Assembly (NCBI GenBank): GCA_965221125.1
Contig: CBDCRW010000005.1
Span: 96,001 to 160,000 of the forward strand
Source: Alphaproteobacteria bacterium
GTDB taxonomy: Bacteria; Pseudomonadota; Alphaproteobacteria; UBA828
Length of the DNA stretch: 64,000 nucleotides
Direction: 5' to 3'
Both the position numbers and the translations under genes were made by a program. Positions 37,817 through 47,697 of the stretch are shown here, piece after piece. How positions within the stretch are numbered: the first letter of the stretch is position 1; the number at the start of each line of letters is the position of its first letter. The notes under the pieces were generated by a model. The model saw nothing but the letters and a program-made list of their open reading frames with translations, had not been told where the DNA came from and did no database searches.

Positions 37817-39667
37817 ATGAACGACGCATCGCCCGCCGCATCATCGGACGCACAGGCCGCCAGCGAGGAGCGGCTCAGCGCCCTCAATCTCGCGGTCATG
37901 GCCAACCGCATGGACGCGATCTGCCGCGAGATGACCAACACCGTGCTGCACAGCGCACGCTCGGCCGTCATCGGCATCGCGCGGGATTTTTCCTGCGCCA
38001 TCATCACCTCAGACCACGAGGTGCTGGCGACTGCGGAAGCCATGCCGATCCACGTCTTCGGCATGAACATCCAGACCACCATCATGAGCGAGAGGCACCC
38101 CGACTTCCGCGAGGGCGACGCCTATCTCGACAACGACCCCTACGGCGGCAACAGCCACGCGGCCGACCACACGATCCTGGTGCCGGTGTTCCACGAGGGC
38201 GAGCACTTCTTCACCGTGGGCGTCAAGGCCCACCAGGCGGACGTGGGCAACAGCCAGCCCACCACCTACTTCGCCGCTGCAAGGGACGTCTATCACGAGG
38301 GCGCGTTGATCTTCCCCTGCGTCCAGGTGCAGCGGGACTACCGCGACATCGACGACATCGTGCGCATGTGCCGCCGCCGCATCCGCGTGCCGGACCAGTG
38401 GTTCGGCGACTACCTCGCCGCCATCGGGGCTGCGCGCATCGGCGAGCGCCGGCTCAAGGCGTTCATCGAGAAGTACGGCGCGAAGGCGGTGCGGGACTTC
38501 ATCCACGAGTGGCTCGCCTATTCCGAGCGGCGCGCGCGGGAATCGATCCGGGACCTGCCCAGCGGGCGGCTCGAGAACGAAGGCTGCCACGACCCGATCC
38601 AGCCCTTCCTGCCCGACGGCATCCCGATCAAGGTGAGCATCGACATCGATGCCGACGACGGCTTCATCACGGTCGACCTGCGGGACAACCCCGACTGCGT
38701 CGACGCCGGCATGAATCTCACCCGCGTCACCTCCACCATGGCGGCGGCCCAGGCGGTCTTCGCCTGCCTCGACCCGGACATCCCGCATAACGCAGGCAGC
38801 TTCCGCCGCCTCGACGTGCTGCTGCGCGAGAACTGCGTGGTCGGCATTCCGCGCTTTCCGCACAGCTGCTCGGTCGCCACCACCAACATGACCGACATGA
38901 TCATCAACCTGATCCAGTCGGCGTTTGCGACGCTCGGCGACGGCTACGGCTTCAGCCAGGGCAACTTCTGCAATGGCGCCGGCACCGGCGTCTGCTCGGG
39001 CAAGGACTGGCGCAGGGACGGCGCACCCTACGTCAACCAGATGTTCATGTCGGCGGGCGGCATGCCGGCCTCGGCGCGGAACGACGGCATGCACGGCTTG
39101 GTCAACCCGGTGAGCGTCGGCCTCGTCTACCGCGACAGTATCGAGGTGAACGAGCAGCGCTTCCCCTTCCAGGTGGACAGCGTCCGCGCGCTGGTGGATT
39201 CGTGCGGCGCAGGGCGGAGGCGCGGCGGGCCGGCCTCGGAGGTGATCTTCGGCCCGCGCCACGACCCGATGCTGGTCATCAACATCTGCAACGGGCTCAC
39301 CATCCTGCCGCAGGGCGTGCTGGGCGGCCTGCCGTCCCACGCGGGCTACCAGGCCAGGATCGCGGCCGACGGCACGCGCGAGGTCTACGAGACCGACGCC
39401 TACTGCCACCTCGAGCCGGGCTCGAAGCTCCACGCCATCGACAACGGCGGGGGCGGCTACGGCGACCCGCTGGAGCGCGAGCCCGAGCGCGTGCTCGACG
39501 ACGTGAACGAGCGCTACGTCTCGCGCGCCAAGGCGGAGGCGCTCTACGGCGTGGTTATCGTGGGCTCGGCGGAGGACGACGACCTTGCCGTCGATGTGGC
39601 CGCCACCGAGGCGCTGCGGCGCGAGCGGCTCGGCGACGACCAACGGGAAGAGATCGCCGCGTCCTAG
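37817..39667 (+). CDS. Hydantoinase B/oxoprolinase family protein
   Basis: 'SARSAVIGIARDFSCAI', 'NDPYGGNSHAAD', 'HQADVG' and 'GGGGYGDPLEREPERVLDDV'. Confidence 0.93.
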   Translation: MNDASPAASSDAQAASEERLSALNLAVMANRMDAICREMTNTVLHSARSAVIGIARDFSCAIITSDHEVLATAEAMPIHVFGMNIQTTIMSERHPDFREGDAYLDNDPYGGNSHAADHTILVPVFHEGEHFFTVGVKAHQADVGNSQPTTYFAAARDVYHEGALIFPCVQVQRDYRDIDDIVRMCRRRIRVPDQWFGDYLAAIGAARIGERRLKAFIEKYGAKAVRDFIHEWLAYSERRARESIRDLPSGRLENEGCHDPIQPFLPDGIPIKVSIDIDADDGFITVDLRDNPDCVDAGMNLTRVTSTMAAAQAVFACLDPDIPHNAGSFRRLDVLLRENCVVGIPRFPHSCSVATTNMTDMIINLIQSAFATLGDGYGFSQGNFCNGAGTGVCSGKDWRRDGAPYVNQMFMSAGGMPASARNDGMHGLVNPVSVGLVYRDSIEVNEQRFPFQVDSVRALVDSCGAGRRRGGPASEVIFGPRHDPMLVINICNGLTILPQGVLGGLPSHAGYQARIAADGTREVYETDAYCHLEPGSKLHAIDNGGGGYGDPLEREPERVLDDVNERYVSRAKAEALYGVVIVGSAEDDDLAVDVAATEALRRERLGDDQREEIAAS

Positions 39668-40890
39668 GCTGCCAGCATCTGCCGGCGGCGGGCGAGGTAG
39701 ACCACGATCGCGGCGTTCAGCACGTTGAAGGCGATCGCGTTGATGAAGGACGCGGTGTAGGACCCCGTGAGGTCGTAGAGCGCGCCGGCCATCCAGCCGC
39801 CGAGCGCCATGCCGGCGAAGGTGAACAGCATCGCCCAGCCCACGCGCCGGCCCGCCTCGTGCGCGGGGAAGAAGGTCCTGATGATGATGGTGTACGACGG
39901 CACGATCCCGCCCTGCGAGAGGCCGAAGACGGCCGAGACCACATAGAGCAGGGTGAGCGTGTCGGCGCCGAGGAAGGCGACGATGGCGAGCGCCTGGAGC
40001 ACCGAGCCGAGCAGCAGCGTGCGCAGGCCGCCGATGCGGTCCGAGATGAAGCCGGAGCCGATGCGGCTCACGATGCCGGTGCCGAGCATCAGCGACAGCA
40101 TCTCGGCGCCGCGCTGCGCGGCGTAGCCGAGATCCGAGATGTGGGCGACGATGTGCACCTGCGGCATCGCCATCGCCACGCAACAGCCGAGCCCGGCCAC
40201 GCAGATCAGGCACTGCAGCGTGCCGGGCGCGATGCCGAGCGGCCTGCTCGCGCCGGTCCACGCGTGCGCCGTCTGCGCCGCGAGAAGCGCGGCCGGCTTG
40301 CGGTAGAGCACGGCGGCGAGCGGCAGCATCGTGGCCGCCATGACGATGGCGATGATGACGTAGGTCTCACGCCAGCCCCGCGCATCGATGGAGGACTGGA
40401 CGATGGGCGGCCAGAGCGCGCCGGCGAAGTAGGTGCCGGTCACCACGATGGCAACGGCGAGCCCGCGCCTGCGCGTAAACCAGAGCGAGATGTCGGCGGC
40501 GATCGGCGCGAAGACGGCAGAGGTGCCGAGCAGGCCGGAAAGAATGCCGAGGGCCGCGCAGAACTGCCAGAATTCTTGGGTGAAGGCGGCGCTCGCCATG
40601 CCGCCGGGCAGTCCCACGCAGCCGATCAGCACCGGCACGAGCACGCCGAAGCGGTCCGCGAGCCGGCCCATGACCACGCCGCCGACGCCGCCGGTGAGCA
40701 TCAGCATCATGTAGGGGACGGAGGCGAGGCCCCGGCTCACCCCGAACTCGAAGGAGGCCGGCTTCAGCGCCACGATCACCGCGTACATGGCGGCGCCGCC
40801 CACGGTCACAAGCAGCAGCGACGCGATCAGGCGCACCACCGGGTAGATCGAGGGCGCGCCGCCCGGCATCGTGTGGTCGGTCTCGCTCAT
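39664..40890 (-). CDS. MFS transporter
   Basis: About 12 TM helices, with 'MGRLADRFG', 'WFTRRRGLA' and 'ISDRIGGLRTL'. Confidence 0.93.
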   Translation of the reverse strand: MSETDHTMPGGAPSIYPVVRLIASLLLVTVGGAAMYAVIVALKPASFEFGVSRGLASVPYMMLMLTGGVGGVVMGRLADRFGVLVPVLIGCVGLPGGMASAAFTQEFWQFCAALGILSGLLGTSAVFAPIAADISLWFTRRRGLAVAIVVTGTYFAGALWPPIVQSSIDARGWRETYVIIAIVMAATMLPLAAVLYRKPAALLAAQTAHAWTGASRPLGIAPGTLQCLICVAGLGCCVAMAMPQVHIVAHISDLGYAAQRGAEMLSLMLGTGIVSRIGSGFISDRIGGLRTLLLGSVLQALAIVAFLGADTLTLLYVVSAVFGLSQGGIVPSYTIIIRTFFPAHEAGRRVGWAMLFTFAGMALGGWMAGALYDLTGSYTASFINAIAFNVLNAAIVVYLARRRQMLAA

Positions 40891-41023
40891 GTATCTTCCG
40901 CGCATGCGTCGGCCACGCGCCGGGCGGCGGAGGCAGGAATGGCGGCGCACGCTAGCACGCGGCCCTCGCCCGGGCGAGGCGGCGGGAGCCGGATGGCGGC
41001 GATCACGGGGGAGGCGCGGGACG

Positions 41024-42211
41024 GTGTTTCTGAAGGCGTTGCAGGCCCGGAACCGGGCGTTCCTCGAAGCCGCGGTCGCGCTTCACCGGGCCGGCCGGGT
41101 GCCCGCCGGCGCCTACCTGCTCGATCTCGACACGATGACCGAGAACGCGCGGGCGATGAGCGCCGAGGCGGCCCGGCTCGGCCTCGACGTGCTGGCGATG
41201 ACCAAGCAGATCGGCCGCAACCCGCCGGCGCTCGATGCGCTCCGTGCGGGCGGGATCGAGCGCTTCGTCGCCGTCGACATGGCCTGCGCCCGGCCGATCC
41301 ACGCCAGCGGCCACCGCGTGGCGCACATCGGCCACCTCACACAGATCCCGCGCCACGAGGCAGAAGAGGCCGCAGCCATGCGCGCCGACTACTGGACCGT
41401 CTTCAACGAGGAGAAGGCCAGAGAGGCCGCAGCGGCGGCAGAAGCGCAGGGCCACGAGCAGGCGCTGATCGCGCGCATCCAGGCGCCTGGCGATACCTTC
41501 TATTCCGGGCACGAAGGGGGCTTCGACGCGGGCGCGGTCGAGGCCGTGGCGGATACGCTCGATGCCGCGCCGGGCGGGCGCTTCGCCGGGCTCACCACCT
41601 TCCCCGCCCTGCTTTTCGACGAAGGCACGGGCGAGGCGCGGCCCACGCCCAATCTCACGACCCTGAGCGAGGCCGCGTCACGGCTCGGGAGGCAAGGCCG
41701 CAGCGGCCTCGTCATCAACGCGCCGGGCACCACGTCGGCGCGCGTGATGGCGGCGCTGGCGGACGGCGGCGCGACGCAAGTGGAGCCCGGCCACGGGCTC
41801 ACCGGCACGACGCCCCTCCACGCCCGCAGCGCGCTGCCGGAGCGGCCTGCCATGCTCTATCTCACCGAGATCTCGCACTTTCACCAGGGCCGCGCCTACT
41901 GCTTCGGCGGCGGGCTCTACATCGACCCCGTGTTCGCGCCCTACCCGCTCAAGGCGCTGGTGGGCTCGGACCCGGAGGCCGCGCTCGCCCAGGAGGTCGC
42001 CGCCGCCACCCCGGACCCCAAGATGATCGACTACTACGGCCAGCTTCTGCCGGAGCCCGGCCAGCGCGTCGCAGTGGGCGATACGGTGATCTTCGGCTTC
42101 CGCGCGCAGGCCTTCTTCACCCGCGCCCTCGTCGTGCCGGTCGCCGACATCGGCCGGGGCCAGCCCGAGCCGAAGGGCGCCTGGACCGGCGACGGCCGCC
42201 CCGCCGCTTAG
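41024..42211 (+). CDS. YhfX-family PLP-dependent (alanine racemase fold) enzyme
   Basis: 'MTKQIGRNP', 'HIGHLTQIP', 'GHEGGF', 'GLTTFPALL' and 'QVEPGHGLTGTTP'. Confidence 0.88.
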   Translation: MFLKALQARNRAFLEAAVALHRAGRVPAGAYLLDLDTMTENARAMSAEAARLGLDVLAMTKQIGRNPPALDALRAGGIERFVAVDMACARPIHASGHRVAHIGHLTQIPRHEAEEAAAMRADYWTVFNEEKAREAAAAAEAQGHEQALIARIQAPGDTFYSGHEGGFDAGAVEAVADTLDAAPGGRFAGLTTFPALLFDEGTGEARPTPNLTTLSEAASRLGRQGRSGLVINAPGTTSARVMAALADGGATQVEPGHGLTGTTPLHARSALPERPAMLYLTEISHFHQGRAYCFGGGLYIDPVFAPYPLKALVGSDPEAALAQEVAAATPDPKMIDYYGQLLPEPGQRVAVGDTVIFGFRAQAFFTRALVVPVADIGRGQPEPKGAWTGDGRPAA

Positions 42212-42355
42212 AGCGTTTCCGTCTGAGACGGAAACGCTCTAGCAATTTATCGCTCACGGCAGCCGGCCTTTGGCCGGCGCCTCCGCGAGGGCGCCGCATT
42301 CGCGGCGGGCCGCTGTCGCGGCCTCTCGCGCGTCCGTCAAAGACGGACGCGCTCG
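42209..42355 (+). repeat. Dispersed structured repeat, copy 1 (75-nt core flanked by hairpins)
   Basis: TAGAGCGTTTCCGT..ACGGAAACGCTCTA hairpin, core 42250-42324, then a GCGCGTCCG..CGGACGCGC hairpin. Confidence 0.85.
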
Positions 42356-42374
42356 GGCCTTCCCCTGAGGCCTG

Positions 42375-44027
42375 CTAACCCACGGAGGTCGGGGCGAGGC
42401 GGGAGAGCTTGCGCGTCTCGGCGGTGATGACGTCGACCACCGCCGGCTGGCCGTCGCGGGTTGCGCGAATGCCGCGCTCCAGCGCGGGGCGCAACGCAGT
42501 GGGCTCGGTCACCGTCTCGGCGTGGCAGCCGAGGCTCGCCGCGATGGTCGCGTAGTCCCCCTGCTGCCTGTTGGCCTCGAAGCGCGCCGAAGCCTCGGGG
42601 ATGTTGCGGTCGTAGCCCGAAAAGATCGAATCGTGCTTGATCACGGTGAGGATGGGGATGTCGTTGCGGGACGCGGTCTCCCAATCCATGCCCGTCATGC
42701 CGACCGAGGCGTCGCCCATCACGTTCACCACCAGCTTGTCGGGGTTCGCGAGCTTGGCCCCCATGGCGAGGCCGAGCGAGAAACCCAATTGCGAGGACTG
42801 CCCCCAGCCGAGGTAGCTGCGCGGCGGGCCGGACTCATAGAACACGCTCTGGATGTCCCGCGAGGCGCCGGACTCGTGGGTGAGCATGGAGGTCTCCGGG
42901 TCGAGCACCGACCACAGCTCGCGCATCATGCGGTAGCCGTTGATCGGCGCGGACTCGTCGGCGAAGAGCGGCTCGTACTCGGCCTGCCACGCGGCCTTGA
43001 TGCGGGCGACGGTGTCCGCGGTCTCGGCCCTCCGCTCGGCCCTCCCGTCCCCCACATGGCGCCGCAGCTCGGCGGCAAGCTGGCCCAGGAAGAGCTTGGC
43101 GTCGGCCACGATGCCGACCGCCGTCTCGTACTCCTTGTTGATGTCGATGGCGTCGTTGGTCGCGTGGACGAGCGTCTTGCCGTCGGGCACGATCGGCGTG
43201 AACGGCGCCCGCGTGAGGCTGGAGCCCACCACAAGCATCGCGTCCGACGCCTGCAGGTAGTGCGCGGCCATGGCGGTGGTCGACAGCGCGCCGACGCCGG
43301 CGGCCAGCGGGTGCGCCTCGGGGAACGCGCTCTTGCCCTGCAGCGTCGTCATCACCGGCGCGCCGAGCAGTTCCGCGACCTCGCGCAGCTCGTCGCTCGC
43401 CTCCGCCCAGAGCACGCCCTGGCCGGCCCAGATCAGCGGCGTCTCGGCCGCGAGCAGGCGCTCGGCAGCCTCCCGCACCGCGCCGTCGTCGGCCGCAGAG
43501 CGCAGCCGCCGCACCGGCGTGTATTCGGGCGCGCCGTTCACCTCCGCCTTGCACACGTCGCCCGGCAGCTCCAGCATCACCGGCTGCGGCCGGCCGGAGC
43601 GGAGCGCCGTGAAGGCCTGGCGCAGCTTGATCGGCATGTGGTCGGCGGCCAGCACCTTCTGCGCCATCTTGGTCGTCGCCGCGTAGTTGGCCTTGCTGTC
43701 GAAGGTGGGCGGCTGGTCGACGTAGGAGGTGCCGGGGTGGCCGGGGAGGAAGAGCACCGGCGATGAATCCGTGTGCGCCTGGGCGACGCCGGCAAAGGCG
43801 TTCTCCGACCCCGCCAGCGCCTGGACGGTGAAGACGCCGATCTCGCGGCCGTTGGTGGAGCGCGAGACGCCGTCAGCCATGTTGCCGGCGACGCGCTCCT
43901 GCCGCGTGGTGATGACGCGCAGCCCGGCTCGCGCCACCGCCTCGATGATGGGCGTCATGGGGAAGCAGAGGCACTGGCGGACGCCTTCCGCCTGCAGGAT
44001 TTTCACCAGTAGATCGGCGCCGGTCAT
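42375..44027 (-). CDS. Thiamine pyrophosphate-requiring enzyme (acetolactate synthase-like)
   Basis: 'RQERVAGNMADG', 'GWGQSSQLGFSLGLAMGAKLA' and 'MGDASVGM'. Confidence 0.9.
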   Translation of the reverse strand: MTGADLLVKILQAEGVRQCLCFPMTPIIEAVARAGLRVITTRQERVAGNMADGVSRSTNGREIGVFTVQALAGSENAFAGVAQAHTDSSPVLFLPGHPGTSYVDQPPTFDSKANYAATTKMAQKVLAADHMPIKLRQAFTALRSGRPQPVMLELPGDVCKAEVNGAPEYTPVRRLRSAADDGAVREAAERLLAAETPLIWAGQGVLWAEASDELREVAELLGAPVMTTLQGKSAFPEAHPLAAGVGALSTTAMAAHYLQASDAMLVVGSSLTRAPFTPIVPDGKTLVHATNDAIDINKEYETAVGIVADAKLFLGQLAAELRRHVGDGRAERRAETADTVARIKAAWQAEYEPLFADESAPINGYRMMRELWSVLDPETSMLTHESGASRDIQSVFYESGPPRSYLGWGQSSQLGFSLGLAMGAKLANPDKLVVNVMGDASVGMTGMDWETASRNDIPILTVIKHDSIFSGYDRNIPEASARFEANRQQGDYATIAASLGCHAETVTEPTALRPALERGIRATRDGQPAVVDVITAETRKLSRLAPTSVG

Positions 44028-44068
44028 GCTCGTCTCCCCACTACCCGTGTTCGGTTGTCCGCGTGCGC

Positions 44069-44938
44069 TCAGAGTTCCGCCAGCGCCTCGATGCCGTTCA
44101 GATCCGGCGCCGTGCTGCCGCCGGGATCGAGCGGCTGGATGCAGACGTGGCTCGCGCCGGCATCGAAATGCTCCCGGATGCGCGCGCGCACGGCCTCCGG
44201 CTTGCCCCAGGCGACCATGGCGTCGAGAAAGCGGTCGCTGCCGCGCTCGCCCAGCTCGTCCTCGCCGAAGCCCAGGCTCAGCCAGTTGTTGCGGTAGTTC
44301 GTGAGCGGCATGTAGATGGCGAGCGTTTGCGCGGCGACGTTGCGCGCAGTCGATGCGTCCGGGGTGACGCACACCTTCTGCTCGACGCAGAGCCAGGCGT
44401 CCGGCCCCATGATCTCGCGCGCCCGCGCGGTGTGCTCGGGCGTGACGTTATAGGGATGCGCGCCCCGCGTGCGCTCGGTGGCCAGCGCCAGCATGCGGGG
44501 GCCCAAAGCCGCGAGCACCACGTTCCGCTCCTGCGGCGGCATGGCAAGCTCGGCGGCATCCATGACATCGAGGTAGGCGCGCATGGTCGCCACCGGCTTC
44601 GCATAGGTGTGGCCGCGAAAACCCTCCACCAGCGGCACGTGGGAGACGCCGAGGCCGAGCACGAAGCGGTCGCCGTAGAAGTGGTTGAGCGTGTCGTGGC
44701 CCGCGATCGCGGCCACGGCGTCGCGCGCGTAGATGTTGGCGATGCCGCTCGCGGCGCAGAGCCGCTCCGTCTCCGACAGCACGAGGCCGGCGAAGCCGAA
44801 GCTCTCGAAGCCCGTGCCCTCGGGATACCAGAGCGCGTCGTAACCCAGGGCTTCCGCCCGCTGCGCCCAGGTCGCGACCTCGCGCGCCGACGGCGAGTCC
44901 GGAAAGATCCACACCCCGCGCCTGCCCAGCTCCTTCAT
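44069..44938 (-). CDS. LLM-class (luciferase-like, F420-type) oxidoreductase
   Basis: 'AEALGYDALWYPE', 'SGIANIYARD', 'LGLGVSH', 'LAALGPRML' and 'GAHPYNVTPEHT'. Confidence 0.9.
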   Translation of the reverse strand: MKELGRRGVWIFPDSPSAREVATWAQRAEALGYDALWYPEGTGFESFGFAGLVLSETERLCAASGIANIYARDAVAAIAGHDTLNHFYGDRFVLGLGVSHVPLVEGFRGHTYAKPVATMRAYLDVMDAAELAMPPQERNVVLAALGPRMLALATERTRGAHPYNVTPEHTARAREIMGPDAWLCVEQKVCVTPDASTARNVAAQTLAIYMPLTNYRNNWLSLGFGEDELGERGSDRFLDAMVAWGKPEAVRARIREHFDAGASHVCIQPLDPGGSTAPDLNGIEALAEL

Positions 44939-45022
44939 GCCGCGCCTCTCCCTGGCAATCGCCCAACCGGTGCGCCGGAACCTAGCACGGATCGCCGACC
45001 GATGGCCCAGGGCGGCGGTGGC

Positions 45023-47112
45023 CAGGAACATTTTTTAGTCATGGCTGAGAGGGCGGGATGACCGAGAGCGGGCAGGCTTGGGCCGATGAAGGTCCTGGCC
45101 GAGCTTGGCTGGGCGGCTGCATGGGGTCCGCGGGGGCCGGTAGGGCTCGGTTTTCGGGCTCGCCGGGCAAAGCGATCCCGCCGCGCCGTTCGACGGCGCG
45201 TCCCGTCGCGCTCTGCGACGCGGTTACGCCCGCAGGATCATGCAGCGGGCGCGATCAGGATCGCGTCGAGAGCCTCCTGGGCGCGGGCGGCATAATGCCG
45301 GTTGGCCTCGGGCAGGAAGCGGAAGCGCCCGTCGCAGCGCACGATGGCGATGGCCGCGTTGGTCAGGCAGGAGAGATTGCGCGGCAGGTGGCGCACGTAC
45401 GCCCGGCAGCGGTCTTCGTCATAGGTGAAGTCGCGCACGTAGTGCAGCCGGTTCTCGATGTGCCAGTGATTGCGGACCAGAGCCAGAAGCTCCTCGGGCC
45501 CGGCGCGGTCTGCGCCGAGCGAGGTCAGGCTCCAGGTCACCTCGACGCTGCGCTCGCCGGTCTTGAGGATCTCGCGCTCGCGTTCGATGCGCATCGCCTG
45601 GCGGCGTCCGTGAAGGTTGGCGTAGCCGTCCCATTCGGCAGCGGAGAGGTCGACGACGGCGCAGCGGCGGCGCTCGATGCGGCCATGGCCCTTGTCGACG
45701 GTTTCGTGCCAGGGCGCGTCGGAGAAGTCGATCGCCTTGAGGTCTTCGAGGATGGTCTCCTGATTGTCCTTCACCGCGGTGACCACGTAGTCGGCGCGAC
45801 GCCCGAGCAGGCAGCGCGCGGTCTCGTGCTGGGCGTGCATCGCATCGAGGGTGACGGTCCGGCCTGCGAGGTCGAGACTGCTGGAGAGTTCGCGCACGGC
45901 GGGGATCTCGTTGCTCTTTCTATCGACCTCGACCTGTCCCAGGACCATGCCGGTCTTGTGCACCAGCGCCGCGACCATCATGCGCCGCCCGTCTTCGGTC
46001 TGCTTCGAGGCGCCGCGCAGGTCCTTTCCGTCCATGGCGACCGGGGCGTGCGCGCCGTCGTGCTGGCCGGTCCACCGGCCGATGGCGTTGTCCAGCGTCT
46101 CCGGCGGCAGGGCGGCGAGGATGTTGTGGAAGGTGGTGATCGCGGGCGCGGTGTAGCGCTTCTTCGAAGGGCTCCAGAACGCGCCGACCGCCTCGAGCTG
46201 CTCCTGCGAGAGCAGGGCGGCGAACTGGGCGAAGGCTGTCGAGCCCCGGTAGCCGGCAAGGCGGGCGGCGACGGCAACCGCCAGCACGGTCTTCAAGGGA
46301 TAGCGCTTGCCCCGGGCATGGCGGCACTCGGGCACCTCGCCCAGGCACTCGAACAGGCTGCGCAGCCGGGGCGCCGTCATCGGCTCGCTGTGTTGCTCGG
46401 CGTTCCAGTTCGCCGGGATCTCGGCCCGGCTCAGCGCTTCGGCGGCGCCATCGCTAAGTTCGAACACGAAGACCTCCTTGGGCTGGCCGTGGTGGCGCCA
46501 GCGCGGAGCAGCTCCGGGGTCACGGGCAAAGCCGCGCGTCATCCCCAGCGAGCGCCAGTTCGACGCGCGGTAGCAGGTGCCGGCGAAGCGCGCGGGATCG
46601 ACGAAGGTCTCGGCCAGGAGCGCCGGGTATCCATGCACCGCCTGGGTGTCCGCAGACAGCCGCCGCAGGCTCAGCCCCAGAACCCGCGAGGCCAGGTTGG
46701 GAACCCGCTCAGGCGTCAGGATCACGAAGCGCGAGTTGTTCGCGATCAGATGCAGGCGCCGGAACTGCTGCTCCGCCGACCAGCCGATCCAGCGGTCGCG
46801 CGCGGCCAGCTTGAACGCGCCCGGCTGCCAGCCGATCAGGGCGAGCCAGGTCTCGCCATGCACCGCGACATGGCGCAGCCCCTTGCCGACGACGCCGTGG
46901 AATCGCAGGTAGTGGTGCTCCTCCACCAGCCGGTCCCAGCGCCGGTGCTCCCGCGCGCCCCAGGTCGGGCGCACCGTGACCGCACGCAGATCAATGGACG
47001 AATCCAGGCCCGGCAACGTCGCCATGGCCGCTACACTGCCACAGCGAAAACGAAATGACCAGCGCCGCGATCACCTCACGCCGCTCGCCGGGCGGACAAA
47101 AAACGAGCCCTG
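45023..47112 (-). mobile_element. ISAs1-family insertion sequence
   Basis: Ends CAGGAACATTTTTT / AAAAAACGAGCCCTG. 10-bp TSD CGGCGGTGGC at 45013-45022 and 47113-47122. Confidence 0.9.
45238..47025 (-). CDS. ISAs1 transposase with N-terminal DUF4338 domain
   Basis: N-terminus 'HHYL...ANNSRFVIL...NLASRVL...LAETFVD...GTCYRASNW'. C-terminus 'AMDGKDLRG', 'KSNEIPA', 'TLDAMHAQ' and 'RNHWHIENRLHYVRD'. Confidence 0.95.
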   Translation of the reverse strand: MATLPGLDSSIDLRAVTVRPTWGAREHRRWDRLVEEHHYLRFHGVVGKGLRHVAVHGETWLALIGWQPGAFKLAARDRWIGWSAEQQFRRLHLIANNSRFVILTPERVPNLASRVLGLSLRRLSADTQAVHGYPALLAETFVDPARFAGTCYRASNWRSLGMTRGFARDPGAAPRWRHHGQPKEVFVFELSDGAAEALSRAEIPANWNAEQHSEPMTAPRLRSLFECLGEVPECRHARGKRYPLKTVLAVAVAARLAGYRGSTAFAQFAALLSQEQLEAVGAFWSPSKKRYTAPAITTFHNILAALPPETLDNAIGRWTGQHDGAHAPVAMDGKDLRGASKQTEDGRRMMVAALVHKTGMVLGQVEVDRKSNEIPAVRELSSSLDLAGRTVTLDAMHAQHETARCLLGRRADYVVTAVKDNQETILEDLKAIDFSDAPWHETVDKGHGRIERRRCAVVDLSAAEWDGYANLHGRRQAMRIEREREILKTGERSVEVTWSLTSLGADRAGPEELLALVRNHWHIENRLHYVRDFTYDEDRCRAYVRHLPRNLSCLTNAAIAIVRCDGRFRFLPEANRHYAARAQEALDAILIAPAA

Positions 47113-47138
47113 CGGCGGTGGCGGCTATGCTTGCCGCC

Positions 47139-47286
47139 CTAGAGCGTTTCCGTTTTGCACGGAAACGCTCTATGAATTTTTCGCTCACGGCAGTCGGCCT
47201 ACGGCCGACGCCTCCGCGAGGGCGCCGCATACGCGGCGGGCCGCGGTCGCGGCCTATCGCGCGTCCGTGCATGTCGGACGCGCTCT
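47139..47286 (+). repeat. Dispersed structured repeat, copy 2
   Basis: Same three-part layout as copy 1, with core 47181-47255. Confidence 0.85.
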
Positions 47287-47310
47287 GGGAGAGGCAGAAG
47301 GAGGCGACGC

Positions 47311-47679
47311 ATGGCAGGCGAGACGGCGGCCCACCACGACCGGGACAAGATCTACCTCGAGCGCTTCGACAGGCAGCTCCGCGCGCATCTCAGGACCCTG
47401 GTCACGCCGGCGCTCATCGAGGAGTACCGCGCGAACCCGCTCGGCCAGCATTCGGGCGACCTGGAGCGCGTGCTGAACTACTTCCGCCGCGCGCCTTTCG
47501 AGGGCAAGTACGTGCTCTTCGAGCTGGAGGCCAACGCCAAGTACAAGATCGTGACCACCACGGCGAAGGAGGGCGGCCTGCCGCAAGACGCGGACGGCAC
47601 GGTCTACACCGACAAGAACGAGGCGCTCCACGCGGTCTTCCTCAAGCGGGTGGACGCGCTGATGGCGAGCGGTTCCTGA
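47311..47679 (+). CDS. N,N-dimethylformamidase small-subunit-like protein
   Basis: 'IEEYRANPLGQHSGDLERVLNYFRR...EALHAVFLKR', directly upstream of the large subunit. Confidence 0.75.
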   Translation: MAGETAAHHDRDKIYLERFDRQLRAHLRTLVTPALIEEYRANPLGQHSGDLERVLNYFRRAPFEGKYVLFELEANAKYKIVTTTAKEGGLPQDADGTVYTDKNEALHAVFLKRVDALMASGS

Positions 47680-47697
47680 AGGCCGGGGGATAAGGCG